Below are positions 23,896 through 37,337 of a stretch of DNA of 64,000 bases, piece after piece. The stretch lies in contig NC_086097.1 in the NCBI RefSeq assembly GCF_963921235.1, positions 201,998,001 to 202,062,000 of the forward strand. The letters are read 5' to 3'. Made by a program: the position numbers and the translations under genes. The notes beneath the pieces are model-generated. The model worked only from the letters and a program-made list of their open reading frames with translations, made no database searches and was not told the DNA's origin. Source of the stretch: Mobula hypostoma (taxonomy: Eukaryota). Position 1 is the first letter of the stretch. Each line of letters begins with the position of its first letter.

Positions 23896-25523
23896 AAATT
23901 TGAATTCAACTGTATCCTCAAGCTTGTCCACTCCATCAAGGAGGTGGAGTGCAAGTTCAGACACCTTGCACATCTGCAATCTAACTCAAGGAAAATATGA
24001 GTCAATCTTTTTTCATCATGAAATTACTTCAATAGTTCTTATCTTTTGGGAACATCCAGGAAAAGCGTAAAGTGATCATCAGGCCCGATAGCATCAGGAA
24101 AATGTCACAATAGCAAATAGGAGACTTTCACATATTACCTTTCAAGAACTTAAAAAAATTGAATCCTTTACAATTCAAGGAATAATAGAAAATATAGCAC
24201 CTGATTTGTATGCTAGGTATTTCAAACTACAAGGAAAATGTAATGACAGTGCTAGTGAGAAGACAAAGAAGAGAAACAAATAAGAGAGTTATGATCAAAT
24301 CACTTTCAAGTTGGCCAATTTTATATGCCAAAACTGCTGCAAATATTTCCTTTACATTGAGTATAAAACTATCACAATTATTTAAATCTGACACCAAAGT
24401 TATTATAGTATTGAAGGACAAATCTATGTCTCTACAGCATGCACACTTGTGAAGAACTAACTCTCCAGGTTACAAATCCTCAAACTTGGCTGTGAATCTG
24501 GGCACTATAATCAGCAAGCACCTTCAGGTAACACAAATTGGATACAATGAAAATCTATTTGTTGCTGGATCATGTGTAAATGATCATAATTTCTTGAGAT
24601 TTGTTGGAAGGAGAACTACAGCGTACGGAAAAATGACTTGGGAGAATGAATGATCTATGTATTCCACAATGTTCAATTCTGGCTGACAGTAAAGACATTT
24701 CTGATTCACACAGCTAGTCCATAGTAACATTGAAAGGGTGAGTACCTGACAGAACACTACAATGTTTCCAGTTACACTGGCTATAAAAAGCATACTGATG
24801 TCCAGGCAAATGAGGCTTTGCTTCAAAGTGGCTGTGAACTGTTCAGTGACAACTATTGAAGAAAATATTATCCAATGCCATCTCAACATCTTATATGCAT
24901 TCTATTGCTGAATTGAACAAGAATCAAAAAAATATATTTAGTCATTAAATAAAAACAACAGTACACTTTCTCACGGAACGAACAAACAGCCATTTGTGAG
25001 CTAACCTTAGGAATAAACATCAGCAAATACAAAGTGATTAACTGTTAAGACACAAGTAATTGTTACAAGTATTAATGAAGACAAACTATACCTACATTGA
25101 AAATGATAAAAAGGAAAATAAAGTAAAGTACTGTCAATAGATGGAGGAGTTGAATCAGAAGCCAGTAATTGTGTATCAGTGCTGAGCCAATTGTGGATGT
25201 GAGTACTATACTCATTCAGAAGACTGGGACATGAGGGCCAAAGGAAGGTCTGATAATTAAATAAATTAAAGCAGACATAAAATCTCGAGGGGCTCAGAAA
25301 GATCCTCTTTGAAGCATCCTGCTCCAGAGTAAATATCACTTTGAAATTATTTGGGGTCTGAGAGTGCCCATCAACAGGCATGCTTTGGAATATTATTCAT
25401 TAATTTGCTCTGGGAATTCTCTGAATGAAAGATGCATGGGATATGAATTCATTACATACTTGCCTGACATAGAAAACATCTTATTTGCTCAAGCATGACT
25501 CATGACAGAAGAGTCACATTCAA

Positions 25524-26088
25524 CAAGATTCAAGATTCAAGGTTCAAGATTATTTAATGTAATCTCCTGTACAAGTGTAAGGAGAATGAAATAATAGTTA
25601 CCCTAGATCTGATCTAGCACAAAGAAAACATAAAAGATAAAGAACACAATAATAATACAAAAAATACACAATATAAATACTGTACATAATATAGCTTACA
25701 TACATAGATGTCCATAAAGTGATGCTATACTGTGCATAAGGTTACTGATGAGAAATAATAAGTTAGTGGCAGAGTTTGTTGATAAAGAAAGCCTCCCATG
25801 TAGCCTCTTTGTTGATGGGAATGAGACGAACAGTTCAAGGGCAGGGTGCGTGGGATCCTTCACGATGTTACTGGTCCTTTTCTGGCACCTTTCTGTATAT
25901 GTGTTCTTGATGGTGGGTAAGCAGGTGTCAGTGATGCATTGGACAGTTCTGACTACCCGTCGGAGAGCCTCCTGTCCACTGCAGTGCACTTTCCATACCA
26001 AGCTGTAATGCAGCTTGTTAGGATGCTCTCTACTGTTTATCTGTAGAATGAATTGATTATGGATGGGCAAAGTCCAACTCTCTTCAAC
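25524..26088 (-). mobile_element. Rex1/Babar 3' end
   Basis: ORF 25696-26070 contains RVVRTVQCIT..IVKDPTHPALELF. The tail is (AATCTTG)n. Confidence 0.8.
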
Positions 26089-26404
26089 TGGAGGAATGTG
26101 GTTTGGCCCAGAAACAGAAAGTCAGATTTCACTCAGTAAAATAAGGTAATCTTCATTATAATAAATCTGTAATATGAAGGAATTTCTCAGCTCTGTCTCT
26201 ATAGTTATTTCATGCAGTGAATACCTTTGGTCTACGTATAGGTAGTGTATCCTTTTCTGTTAAAATAATTAAGTAAATGTGAGCTTCAAAGCTGAAAATC
26301 TTCTGTTCTGCAGATCAGTTAGCCACTTTCTGCTTCTTTCTGTTGCAAACGTTATTTTCTGATGCCCATAAACTGAAGATTGCAATCTTAAAATCCAAAT
26401 AATA

Positions 26405-26950
26405 TAGGTAGGATAGTGCTGCAGCAGTTTGAAATACCCATCAGACCCAAAGGTTAAACTTCAATCCTGAGCTCAGGTGTTGTTTATTTTCCCAGTGTGT
26501 ATTTCCCCTGAGTACTCCTATTTCCTCCTACATGCAAAGGACATACAGATTGGGAGGTAATTGGCCACTGTAATCCTAACCCTGACAGCAGGAGAGTCAG
26601 GTAGAGGTTAGTGACGTAGTTAATGGGAAAGCAAGTGAAAAGCAGTGGGATTAGTGTAGATAAATGCTTTATTGTCAATGCGGGCCTCTTTCTTGCTTAT
26701 TTATTTATTTATTGATTGATTGATTGATATACAGCACAGAATAGGCCCATCCACTCCTGCAAGCCATGCCACCCACCAATCCCTGTAACCCTAACCTAAT
26801 CGTAGGACCATCCAGTACATCCTTGGATTGTGGGCGGAAACCCACACAGTCACAAAGAATGTACAAACTCCTTACAAGCAGCAAAAGCAGGTATTGAATC
26901 CAGGTCCCTTTACTGAAAGGCCTTGTGCTAGCTGTTACGCTACCACACGG
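26405..26950. mobile_element. Two degenerate V-SINEs, tail to tail (+ ~26405-26690, - ~26697-26950)
   Basis: V-domain remnants occur on both strands, and a TTTA/TTGA microsatellite tail lies between them. Confidence 0.6.
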
Positions 26951-28102
26951 CCCAACTTGCGCTTTCTAACTTTAGAACTCAATATTTGCAATTGATAAGA
27001 CAACAAAAATAGGACCTCAGGCTGCATTACTAGGATGACACAATGAAAATACCACAGTTCAGCTGTGCAGTTATATCTTGAGTACTTTTTAAAAAATCAA
27101 ATATGATGGAAAATACAAGCTTCTGGAGAAGATCCTATTTTGAAATTCCAAAATGATTCTCGCTTTAAGGGTCTCAAACACAAAAACAGGGTTAAAGAAC
27201 TGGAAACTTGAAGGCTTGAAAAGTTATAGATTCTAAATTCATGAAGGAAGTAGGTACAGTCCAACTGAATAGCTTAATTGAGTAAAGTGAGAAGAATAGA
27301 AAGTGCATGTAAAGAAGGTTAGATGCTCGCAAGTACTTCTATAGAAAGTCAATAACATCCGGGAAAAAAATTATCAAAGAACAGCATGGCTAAAATTTCT
27401 TAATACGCTATTAGAATCTCAACTCATTCTCTTTTGAAGGACATTCCAAGCTGAAAAGAGTAAATTATGGGGCAACCAGCATTAGTAGAACTTGCAATTC
27501 TTCTGGAGATTGCCCTATTTCATTAAGGTCAGGATTTTTTTTTAAATTTCATGAGATTAGTTTCTTAATTTTTTTTAATAAACCTCTCTCATGAGATTAC
27601 ACGACCTTAGGTTGGGTTGATGCTGTTTTTAATTTGCATCAACCCTGCTTTAGGGTTTAATGCAGATCTGATCTCCTGAGGACCAGATTTCACCATAACA
27701 ATACCAGAAGTGAACCACAGCATGATATTCTTGCAAAAGCATCGGCGAGACTATTTACTTGTATACTGACTTCAGTATTCCCCTGACCAGCCATTACTTT
27801 GACTGTTATTCCAACATTCAGCCTCAAGATTGCCATTGCCTTAGTTACACAATGTATACTCGTCAAACACTGAAAATTTAACTGTGAGTATTCTGAAAAT
27901 ATTATATCTACCTAGAACTCCTCCTCTCTTTCATGCTTAAAAGAAGCTGTTAAGCTGAGGCAGCACAAGGTTTAATAAGAGCTCGGGGCTTTCCGGGACT
28001 TTTTGGTAGGCTGCAATCATTGTGAGCAGTTGCTATTTGTCTGAGGCGGTGTGAGGTTTAAAAAGAGCTTGGGGTCTTTCAGGACATTCGACAGACTTCA
28101 AT

Positions 28103-29830
28103 CATAGAAAATAGAACATAGAAGAGTACAGCACAGGAAAAGGCTATTTGGCTATCAATGTTGTGCCGAACCAGCTAAAAAGCAAATCAAAAACACTCAA
28201 ACACTAATTCCTCCTCCCTACCTCAAGTTCATATCCATCTTCCTCACATCCATGTGCCTATCCAAACATCTCTTTAAAGCCTCTGATGCATTCACCTCTA
28301 CCACCATACCAGGCAGCATATTCCAAGCATCCACCAATCTCTGAGTAAAAAAACCTTACCCCATACATTCCCCTTGAAGCTATCCCCTCTCACCTTCAAT
28401 GCTTACCCTCTGATATCAGACATTTCAACTCAAGGAAACAGATACTCTGTCCACTCTATCTATGCCTCTCATAATCTTGTAAACCTCTATCAGATCTCCC
28501 CTCAGCCTCCGACACTCCAAAGAAAATAACCCAAGTTTATCCCAGCCTCTCATGATAACACATGCTCTCTAAACCAGTCAACATCCCGGTAAACCTCTTT
28601 TGCACCCACTCAAAAGCTGCAACATCCTTTCTATAATTTGGCAACAAGAATTGTACGCAGTACTCCAGATGTGGCCTAACCAGAGTTTTATAAAGTTGCA
28701 ACATAACCTCCTGACCTTTGAACTCAATGCCTCAACTAATAAAAGCAAGCATTCCATAAACCTTCTTAACCACCTTATCAACCTGTGTAGCAACTTCCAA
28801 CAAGCTGTGAACTTGGATCCCAAGATCTCTCTGCTCAGCAACACTGTTAAGGATCCTGCCCTAACAGTGCACTGTCTCCTTGCATTTTCCCTACCGAGGT
28901 GAAAAACCTCACATTTATCTGTGTTAAATTCCATTTATACCATGTTGTATTCTTTGTCAGTCTTCTACAATATCCATCATCCACAAACTTACACACCCAT
29001 CTACATTTTCATTCAGGTCATTTACATACATTACAAACAGCAGAGATCCCTGCTAAGCTCCACTAATTACAGACCTCCAGCTCAAATTTGTTCCTTCAAC
29101 CACTACCCTCTGTCTTCTATGTGTAAGCCAATTCTGAATCCAAACAGGCAATTCGCTATGGATCCCATGCATCTTAATCTTCTGGATTAGCCTCCCATGA
29201 GAGACTTTGTAAAAACAGCTTACTAAAATCCATGCAGACAACATCCACTGCCCTACCCTCATCAATCTCTCTTGTCACCTTGTCAAAAAACTCCATCAAG
29301 TTGGTAAGGCACATTCTGCCACACACAGAGCCATGCTCTCCCTCATTAGGCCATGTGTTTCCAAATGCCCATATATCCTATCCCTGAGAATTTTCTCCAG
29401 CAATTTCCCTAAAACTGATGTGGGACTCACCAGTCTATAGTTCTCAGTACTTTCCCTTGTTCCCTTCTTAAATAGAGGTACAACATTAGCCACTAGCTAG
29501 TCCTCCGGGACATCACCTGTGGCTGGAGAGGACACAAAGATGCTGGTCAAGGGCTGAGCAATCTCATCTGTTACCTCCTTCAATAACCTGGGGTAAATCC
29601 CATCAGGCCCTGGGGACTTATTACGAGGCCCAATACTTCCTCCTTCTTGACCTCTAAACACCCTAACATATTTATACACTTAGCGTTGTTCCCTCGGTCC
29701 TCCAAATCCTTTTCCTTAGCAAATACTGATGCAAAGTACTCATTAAGTACCTCACTCACATTCTCTGCATCCAAGCAAAAGTTTCCCCCTTTATCCTTGA
29801 GTGGTCCAACTATTTTCTTAGTTATCCTTA
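28103..29830 (-). mobile_element. CR1 LINE, 5'-truncated
   Basis: ORFs contain KSPGPDGIYPRLLKE, ANVVPLFKKG, KVSHGRLIQK and EFNTDKCEV. The tail is CTATGTT-type. Confidence 0.9.
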
Positions 29831-30037
29831 TAGGCACTTAAGCAATCTCTTCGGCACTCTTAGCAATTGTTTAGGTACTCAGCAAGGGCCAATAAAAAGA
29901 AGCGAGGTACAAGTGGCCATTGTAGGAGCAGCCATTGTTGAGTGGACAGTGTTAGAGTGGCCAGGCTTTAGCTCAGCAGGTTTCCCCAAGAACGAGCTTG
30001 GGCAAGAACAGGCAAAGGGTGTAAGTAAGTTTCTAGT

Positions 30038-31362
30038 AAGTGGACAGAGTCAGAAACTTTAAATTACTCAGTGTTAGCATTTCAGAAGATCTGTCCTCAG
30101 TCCCGCACATAGGTGCCATTACAAAGAAAGCACAGCAGTGCCACTACTTTCTTAGAAGTTTGCAAAGATTCCGCATATTATCTAAAACTTTGACAAACTT
30201 CTATAGATGTGCAGTGGAGAGTATATTGACTGGATGCATCATGGCCTGATTTGGATAAACCATCATCCTTGAATGGAAAAGCCTACAAAATTGTAGTGGA
30301 TGCAGCCCAGGTAAATCACAGGTAATCACAGTTAAAACCCTCTCCACCAGTAAGTCATAGTCATAGTCATACTTTATTGATCCTGGGGGAAATTGGTTTT
30401 CATTACAGTTGCACCATAAATAATTAAATAGTAAAAAACCATAAATAGTTAAATAGTAATATGTAAATTATGCCAGGAAATAAGTCCAGGACCAGCCTAT
30501 TGGCTCAGGGTGTCTGACCCTCCAAGGGAGAAGTTGTAAAGTTTGATGGCCACAGGCAGGAATGACTTCCTATGATGCTCTGTGCTGCATCTCGGAGGAA
30601 TGAGTATCTGGCTGAATGTACTCCTGTGCCCACCCAGTACATTATGTAGTGGATGGGAGACATTGACCAAGACAGCAACTTAGACAGCATCCTCTTTTCA
30701 GACACCACCGTGAGACAGTCCAGTTCCATCCCCACAACATCACTGGCCTTACGAATGAGTTTGTTGATTCTGTTGGTGTCTGCTACCCTCAGCCTGCCGC
30801 CCCAGCACACAACAGCAAACATGATCGCACTGGCCACCACAGATTCGTAGAACATCCTCAGCATCGTCCTGCAGATGTTAAAGGACCTCAGTCTCCTCAG
30901 GAAATAGAGACGGCTCTGACCCTTCTTGTAGACAGCCTCAGTGTTCTGCCTAGTGCACACCTGGACAGAGCACTGTCATAGGAAAGCAGCATCTATCAAG
31001 TACCCCCACCCCCACCATTCAGGCCATGCTCTCTTTGCATTGTTGCCAGCAGAAAGAAGAAACAGGAACTTCAAGACCCATACCACCAGGCTCAGGAACA
31101 GCTATTAGCCCTCAACCATCAGGCTCTTGAACCACAGGGGATAACTTCACTCACCCCATCATTGAACTGTTCCAACAACCTAAGTACACAATTTGTTGTC
31201 TTTCGCACATTGGTATTTGTCTGTCTTGTTGGGCGCAGTCTTTTATTGATTCTATTGTGTTTCTTTGTATTCACTGTGAATGCCGCAAGAAAATGAATCT
31301 CAGGGTTGGATATACAGACATATATGCACTGTGATAATACAGTTACTTTGAACTTCAAACTT
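30038..31362 (+). mobile_element. Rex1/Babar 3' region nested in CR1, itself interrupted at 30353-30948
   Basis: ORF 30040-30249 contains KKAQQCHYFLRSL..TNFYRCAVESILTGCI. It resumes at ~30950 and ends in a TTTGAAC tail. Confidence 0.85.
30353..30948 (-). mobile_element. Young Rex1/Babar 3' end (different subfamily)
   Basis: ORF 30505-30960 contains KKGQSRLYFLRRLRSFNIC..FYESVVAS..AVVCWG. The tail is (TGACTA)n. Confidence 0.9.
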
Positions 31363-33671
31363 TATTTCCCTCCTTCTTTGTCTATTAGTACATATTTAAT
31401 GCAGTGAGACTGGGTCCAGTGTTAGTGGTATGTTCTTTATGTGACACTTGGAAACACTGGGAGACCTGGGAGTGCATCGAACTGCAGCTCCTTAGAGGCC
31501 ATGTTAAGGAACTGGAGCTGTAGCTCAATGACCTTCAGCTCAAACAGGAGAATGAGGAGGAGATAGATAGGAGCTACAGGGAGGTAGTCACTCTTAAAGA
31601 GGCAAGTGGGAAGGTAGCTAGGTGACTGTCAAGAGAGGGAAAGAGGATAAACAACCTATGCAGAGTACACCAGAGGACTGTTCTGTGGATAATTGGGGGG
31701 CGGGGCAGGGGTGAGGGTAGGGAGGGTGGATGACCTACCAGGAGAAGCGACTGCGACTGGGTCTCTAGCACTGAGTCTGACCATGTGGCTCAGAAGGGAA
31801 GAGCAGTAGTGACAAGGGATTCCATAGTTAGTGGAGCAGACAGGAGATTTTGTGGATATGAAAGAGATACTTAGATGGTGTGTTGCCTCCCTGACACCAG
31901 GGTCAAGGGGCGTCTCTGATTGGGTCCACAGCATTCTAAAGGGGGAGATTGAGCAGCAAGAAGCCATGGTACATATTGGTACCAACAACATAGGTAGGAA
32001 AAGGGAGAATGTCCTGAAGCGAGAATATAAGGAGCTGGGTAGAAGCTAAAAAGCAGAATCTCCGAGGTAGTAAATTCTGGATTGCTGCCTGTGCCATAAG
32101 CTAGTTAAGGTAACAACAGGATGATATGTCAAATGAATGTGTGACTGAGGAAATGGTACGGAGTAGGGTTTCAGATGTCTAGATCATTGGGATCTCTTCT
32201 GGGGAAGGTACGGCCTAAACAACAAGGGCAGGTTACACCTGAACCTGAGGGAACTAATATCTTCGTGGCAGGTTTGCTAGAGCTGTTGGGGAGGATTTAA
32301 ACTCATTTGGCAGGGGAATGGGAACCACAGTGATAGGGCTGAAGATGGTGCAGTTGGTACACAAGTAGATGAAGTGTGTAGTGAGACTGTGAAGAAGGAC
32401 AGGCAGATAATAGGGCAAGATTACAGTCAGTGGGATGAGTTGAAGTGTAACATGGGAGCAAAATGAAAAAGGATTGAATGCATGCCGTATACAGAATAAG
32501 ATGGATGAACCTGTAGCACAGTTAGAGTTGGCAAGTGTGACGTTGTGGGCATAACTGACTTATGCTTGAAAGAACCATTTTAGACCTTGCATCTAAGGAT
32601 GCACATTGTATCGAAAGGACAGGCAGATGGGCAGAAGGGTTGGGATGGCTCTGTCAGTAAAAAATGAAATCAAATCTTTAGAAAGTGGTGATCAGAAGAT
32701 GTAGAATCTGTGTGGGTAGAGTTAAGAAACTGCAAAAGTAAAAAGATGGGGATTATATACAGGCCTCCGAACAGATACCAGGATGTCAGATATATAATAC
32801 AACAGGATATAGAAAAGATATGTAACTGGGCAATATTATGATAGTCATGGGGAATTTCAATATGCAAGTAGATTGGGAAAATCAAGTTGGTGTTGGATCC
32901 AAGAGATGGAGTTTGTAGAATGCCAACGAGATGATTTTTTTAGAGCAGCTTGTGGTTGAGCCCACTAGGGGAAAGGCAATTCTGAATTGAGTGTTATGTA
33001 ATGAAGCTGATTTGATTAGGAAGCTTAAGGTAAAGGGACTCTTAGGAGACAGGGATCATAATATGATAGAATTCACCCTGCAGTTTGAAAGGGAAAAGAT
33101 AAAGTCAATGTATCAGTATTACAGGGAGTAAAGGGAATTACAGAGGCACAACAGAGGATCTGTTCAAAATTGACTAGAAGGGGACACTAGCAGGGATGAT
33201 GCAGGACAGCAATGGCTGGAATTTCTGGGTGAAATTCGGAAGCTACAATATAGATATATTCCAAAGTTGAAAAAGTATTCTAAACACAGGATAAGGCAAC
33301 CGTGGCTAACAAGGGAAGTCAAAGACAGCATAAAAGCAAATTAGATGGCATATGCTACAGCAAAAAATAGTGGAAAGTTTTAATTGGGAAGATTTTAAAA
33401 GCCAACAAAGACAACTAAAAAAGCCTTGAGGACAGAAAAGATGAAATATGAAGGTAAGCCAGCCATTAATATAAAAGAGGACACCAAAGTCGTTTTCAGA
33501 CATATAAAGAGTAAGAGAGGTGAGAATGCATATTGGACTGCTAGAAACTGACACCGCAGAGGTAGTATTAAGGGTCAAAGAAATAGCGAGCGAACTTAAT
33601 AAGTACTTTGCGTCAGGATTTACGCGGAAGACACTAGCAGAATGCCAGAAATCTGAGAGTGTCAGGTGGCA

Positions 33672-34643
33672 GAATTGAATTGAATTGAATTAACTTTATT
33701 ACTTACATCCTTCATACACTTGAGGAGTAAAAATCTTTACGTTATGTCTCTGTCTAAACATGCAATGTTTAGTGATTTGCAATAAATAGTATTTACAACA
33801 GGGCACTTAATATAACATAGAAATACAATTGTATCAGCATGAATTAATCAGTCTGATGGCCTGGTGGAAGAAGCTGTCCCACGGCTTGTTGATTCTGGCT
33901 TTTATGCTGCAGTACAGTTTCCCGGATGGTAGCAGCTGGAACAGTTTGCGGTTGGGGTAACTCGGATTCCTAATGATCCTTTGAGCCCTTTTACACACCT
34001 GTCTTTGTAAATATCCTGAATCCGCAGATGCACAGGGTTGTCCACACCACTCTCTGTAGAGTTCTGTGATTGAGGGAAGTATAGTTCCCATTACCAGGCA
34101 GTTATGCAGCCAGTCAGGATGCTCTCAATTGTGCGCCTGTAGAAAGTTCTTCGGATCTGGGGACTCATACCAAACTTCTTCAACCGTCTGAGGTGAAAGA
34201 GGCACTGTTGTTCTTTTTTCACCACACAGCCGATATGTACAGATCACGTGAGATCCTTGGTGATGTGCATGGCGAGGAACTTAAAGTTATTCAACCTCTC
34301 AACCCCAGATCCATTGATGTCAATAGGGGTTAACCAGTCTCCATTCCTCCTGTTGTCTACAGCCAGCTCCTTTGTTTTTGCAACATTGAGGAAGAGATTG
34401 TTTCCTTGACACCACTGTGTCAGGATGATGACTTTTCTGTAGGCTGCCTCGTTATTATTTGAGATCAGGCCAGTCAATATAGTATCATCAGCAAATGTAA
34501 TTAGCAGATTAGAGCTGTGGGTGGCGACACAGTCATGGGTTTACAGAGAGTAAAGGATGGGGCTTAGGGACACAGCCCTGAGGGACACCTATGTTGAGGG
34601 CCAGAGGGGCAGAGGTGAGGGATCCCACTCTTACCACCTGACA
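33672..34643 (-). mobile_element. Rex1/Babar LINE nested in CR1
   Basis: ORFs 34244-34477 and 33834-34091 (LFQLLPSGK..SFFHQAIRLIN), with a (TTCAA)n tail. Confidence 0.9.
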
Positions 34644-35237
34644 GGATCCAGCTTCTTGAAGTCTCTGAGCTTCTTTGAGCTCTGAGTGTAGTTGCTATTA
34701 CTAAGGAGAAGGTGCTTGGGAAGCTGAAAGGTCTGAAAGTAGATAAGTCACCTGAACCAGATGAACTACATCCCCAGGGTTCTGAAAGAAGTAGCTGAAG
34801 AGATTGTAGAGGCATTAGTAATGACCTTTAAAAAAATCATTAGATTCTGGATTGGTTCCAGAGGACTAGAAAATTTAAATGTCACTCCACTCTTTTAATA
34901 GGGGAGGGAGGCAGAAGAAAAGAAATTATAGGCCAGAGAGCCCAACTTCAGTGGTTGGGATATGTGAAGTCCATTATTGAGGATGAGGTTTCAGGGTATT
35001 TGGAGGCACATGATAAAACAGGCCAAAACCAACATGGTTTCCTTAAGGGGAAATCTAGCCTGACAAACCTGTTGGAATTCTTTGAGAAAATAACACGCAG
35101 GATTGATAACGGGAAGTCAGAGGATGTTGTTTACATGGATTTTCAGAAGACCTTTGACAAGGTGCCGCACAGGATAGACCTAACGAGATTAGAGAAAAAA
35201 AACCAGCATAGATAAAAGATTGGCTGACAGGGTAACA

Positions 35238-35311
35238 GGAAAGATACCAGCATGGATAAAAGAATGGGAATAAAGGAAAGATACCAGCACGGATAAAAGA
35301 ATGGGAATAAA
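35238..35311 (+). repeat. Tandem duplication, 2 x 37 bp
   Basis: GGAAAGATACCAGCAYGGATAAAAGAATGGGAATAAA occurs twice with one mismatch. Confidence 0.95.
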
Positions 35312-35315
35312 GGGA

Positions 35316-36246
35316 GATCCAGCTCAAACCTTTTCATCAAGTTTGTGGATGACATTACAGTGGTTGGTCTTATCAAGAACAATGATGAGACGGAGTTTAG
35401 AAATGAAGTGGAGCAGCTGGTGGATTGGTGAGAGAAGAACAACCTACGCCTGAACATGGAGAAGACAAAGGAAATCATTATGGACTTCAGGAAGGTGCAG
35501 ACAAACCAAACCCCTCTGCAAATACAGGGCTCATCCGTAGAGAGAGTTAAGTACACTAAGTTGCTGGGAGTTCGCATAATGGATGACCTCACCTGGTCCC
35601 TTAATATTACCTCCTTGACAAGAAGGCAGAGCAATGCCTTCACTTCCTAAGAAGATTAAGGCAAGCAAGGCTTCCCTCCCCCATCTTAACTGCATTTTAC
35701 AGGAGCACCACTGAGAGCATTCCGACAATTTGCATCTCCATCTAGCGTGGGAGGAGTCAAGTACTGGACCAGAAGTCTCTACAAAGTACAGCGAGAACAG
35801 CTAAGAGGATCATAGGGGTCTCTGTACCAACCATTGGGGACATTTATCAGAAGCCTGCCCTTAATATCATTAAAGATCCCACCCATCCATCCAGCATCCT
35901 CTTTTACTTTTTGCAATCAGGCATAAAAGTAAGAATGGTCAGGATGAGAAGCAGTTTCTTCCCCAGGCCATTAGGCTTCTGAACTCCTGGCCGCATCATA
36001 TTTAAACTGTCACTGGTTAATCTGTCCGTACCTTACAATATTTAAAATTAATGAATTTTAGTTTGTTATTTATGTGTGGTTCATCTGTAGATTTTATCTG
36101 TACCTTCGCAGGTTATCATGTGCTGTGTGTTATGTGTACTACTGTGCTTTACACCCTGGCTCAAAGAAATATTGTCTCATTTCTATATACATTATGTGGT
36201 TATATGCACGTATATAGTTAAAAGACAATACACTTGACTTGACTTG
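35316..36246 (+). mobile_element. Rex1/Babar LINE nested in the CR1 RT
   Basis: Contains IKFVDDITVVGLI and EKTKEIIMDFRK, with a (CTTGA)n tail. CR1 sequence resumes immediately after it. Confidence 0.9.
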
Positions 36247-37337
36247 CCTTTTCCCATTGGCTGATTGCCAGTGACTAGTGGTTTTCTGCAGGGTTTAGTG
36301 TTGGGACTGTTTCTTTTCACGTTACATGTCCATATTTCGGATGATGGAATTGATGGCTTTGTGGCCAAATTTGAAGAAAATACAAGACAGGTGGAGGGGT
36401 AGATAGTGTTGAGGAAGCACGAAATCTGCACAATGAACTACTCTCTCAAAAGTGTGAGGCTTGTGCTGGAGTAGACATTGCTCAAGGATACCCAAATCTC
36501 AATTGCCTAAACAAGTTTATAATCCCAGCTACATCACATAAAGGTGTTGCATGGTTTCAAAGGAGATACCACAAACTAAGAGTATGCCCCAAGAGTAAAG
36601 ATGTGGACATCACAAGATGCCAACTGATCTCAATGGCTACACAACTTCCAAACGGTGACCTGCTTTCCTACTGTCATTAAGACAAGGAAAGAAATTGGAA
36701 CCGGAGGGCAGCTTTGATGTTTACAAATATATCTGTGATTCTAGGATTGCATTTCCAGTTCACACCATGCTCGGATCAAAGGATCACTTGACAGAACTGG
36801 AGCTCACTTTCTTACTTAGAGTGAGGAGTCTTATCAAATGAAAATATTTGACATTACAAGTGAAAATGATTCAATAAAATACTCTGAGTAACTGGTAATA
36901 TCATTGCAGACATTAATCCCATCTGAAATTTGTACACAGGTGCTGTGCATTGTTATTTAAGAAACAGTATTTCTTTTGTCCAACTTAAAATACTTCAAAA
37001 AAATTGGTACCAAAAAATTTATCAGGCTATAACGCTAGGAAGATTTCCATCATCATCGGCAGGAATCACATCAGTATTGTTAAAATATTAACAACGACAT
37101 TCTTTTAAGGAAGACCAAATGGTCATGACTGTGTGACAAAACAATTGTTCGAATATCTAGATCAACAACAAAATAATTCAATTTATGTCAAACTGCTTTT
37201 CACATAGAGAATGCTGGAATCATTAGGAGAAAATATTTATTCGTCTATACAAGCCATATAATAATATTACTTCTGTTTAGAATATCAGACTTTAGATAAA
37301 AAGCTACAATTGCACTTGATATCCTTTAATTTATGTA

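Larger units (their letters stand above)
27950..36432 (+). mobile_element. Large decayed CR1 (5'UTR, esterase-type ORF1, EN, RT) hosting nested insertions
   Basis: ORF1 remnants include DSIVSGADRRF and MVHIGTNNIG (ORF 31831). RT parts are QHGFLKGKSSLTNLLEFFE..VYMDFQKTFDKVPH (ORF 34955), resuming at 36247. The left limit at 27950 is tentative. Confidence 0.8.

Noticed and set aside
35238..35311. CRISPR-like direct repeats (also 48228-48418)
   Set aside because: Only two copies each, no spacer array, TE-derived, in a eukaryotic context.
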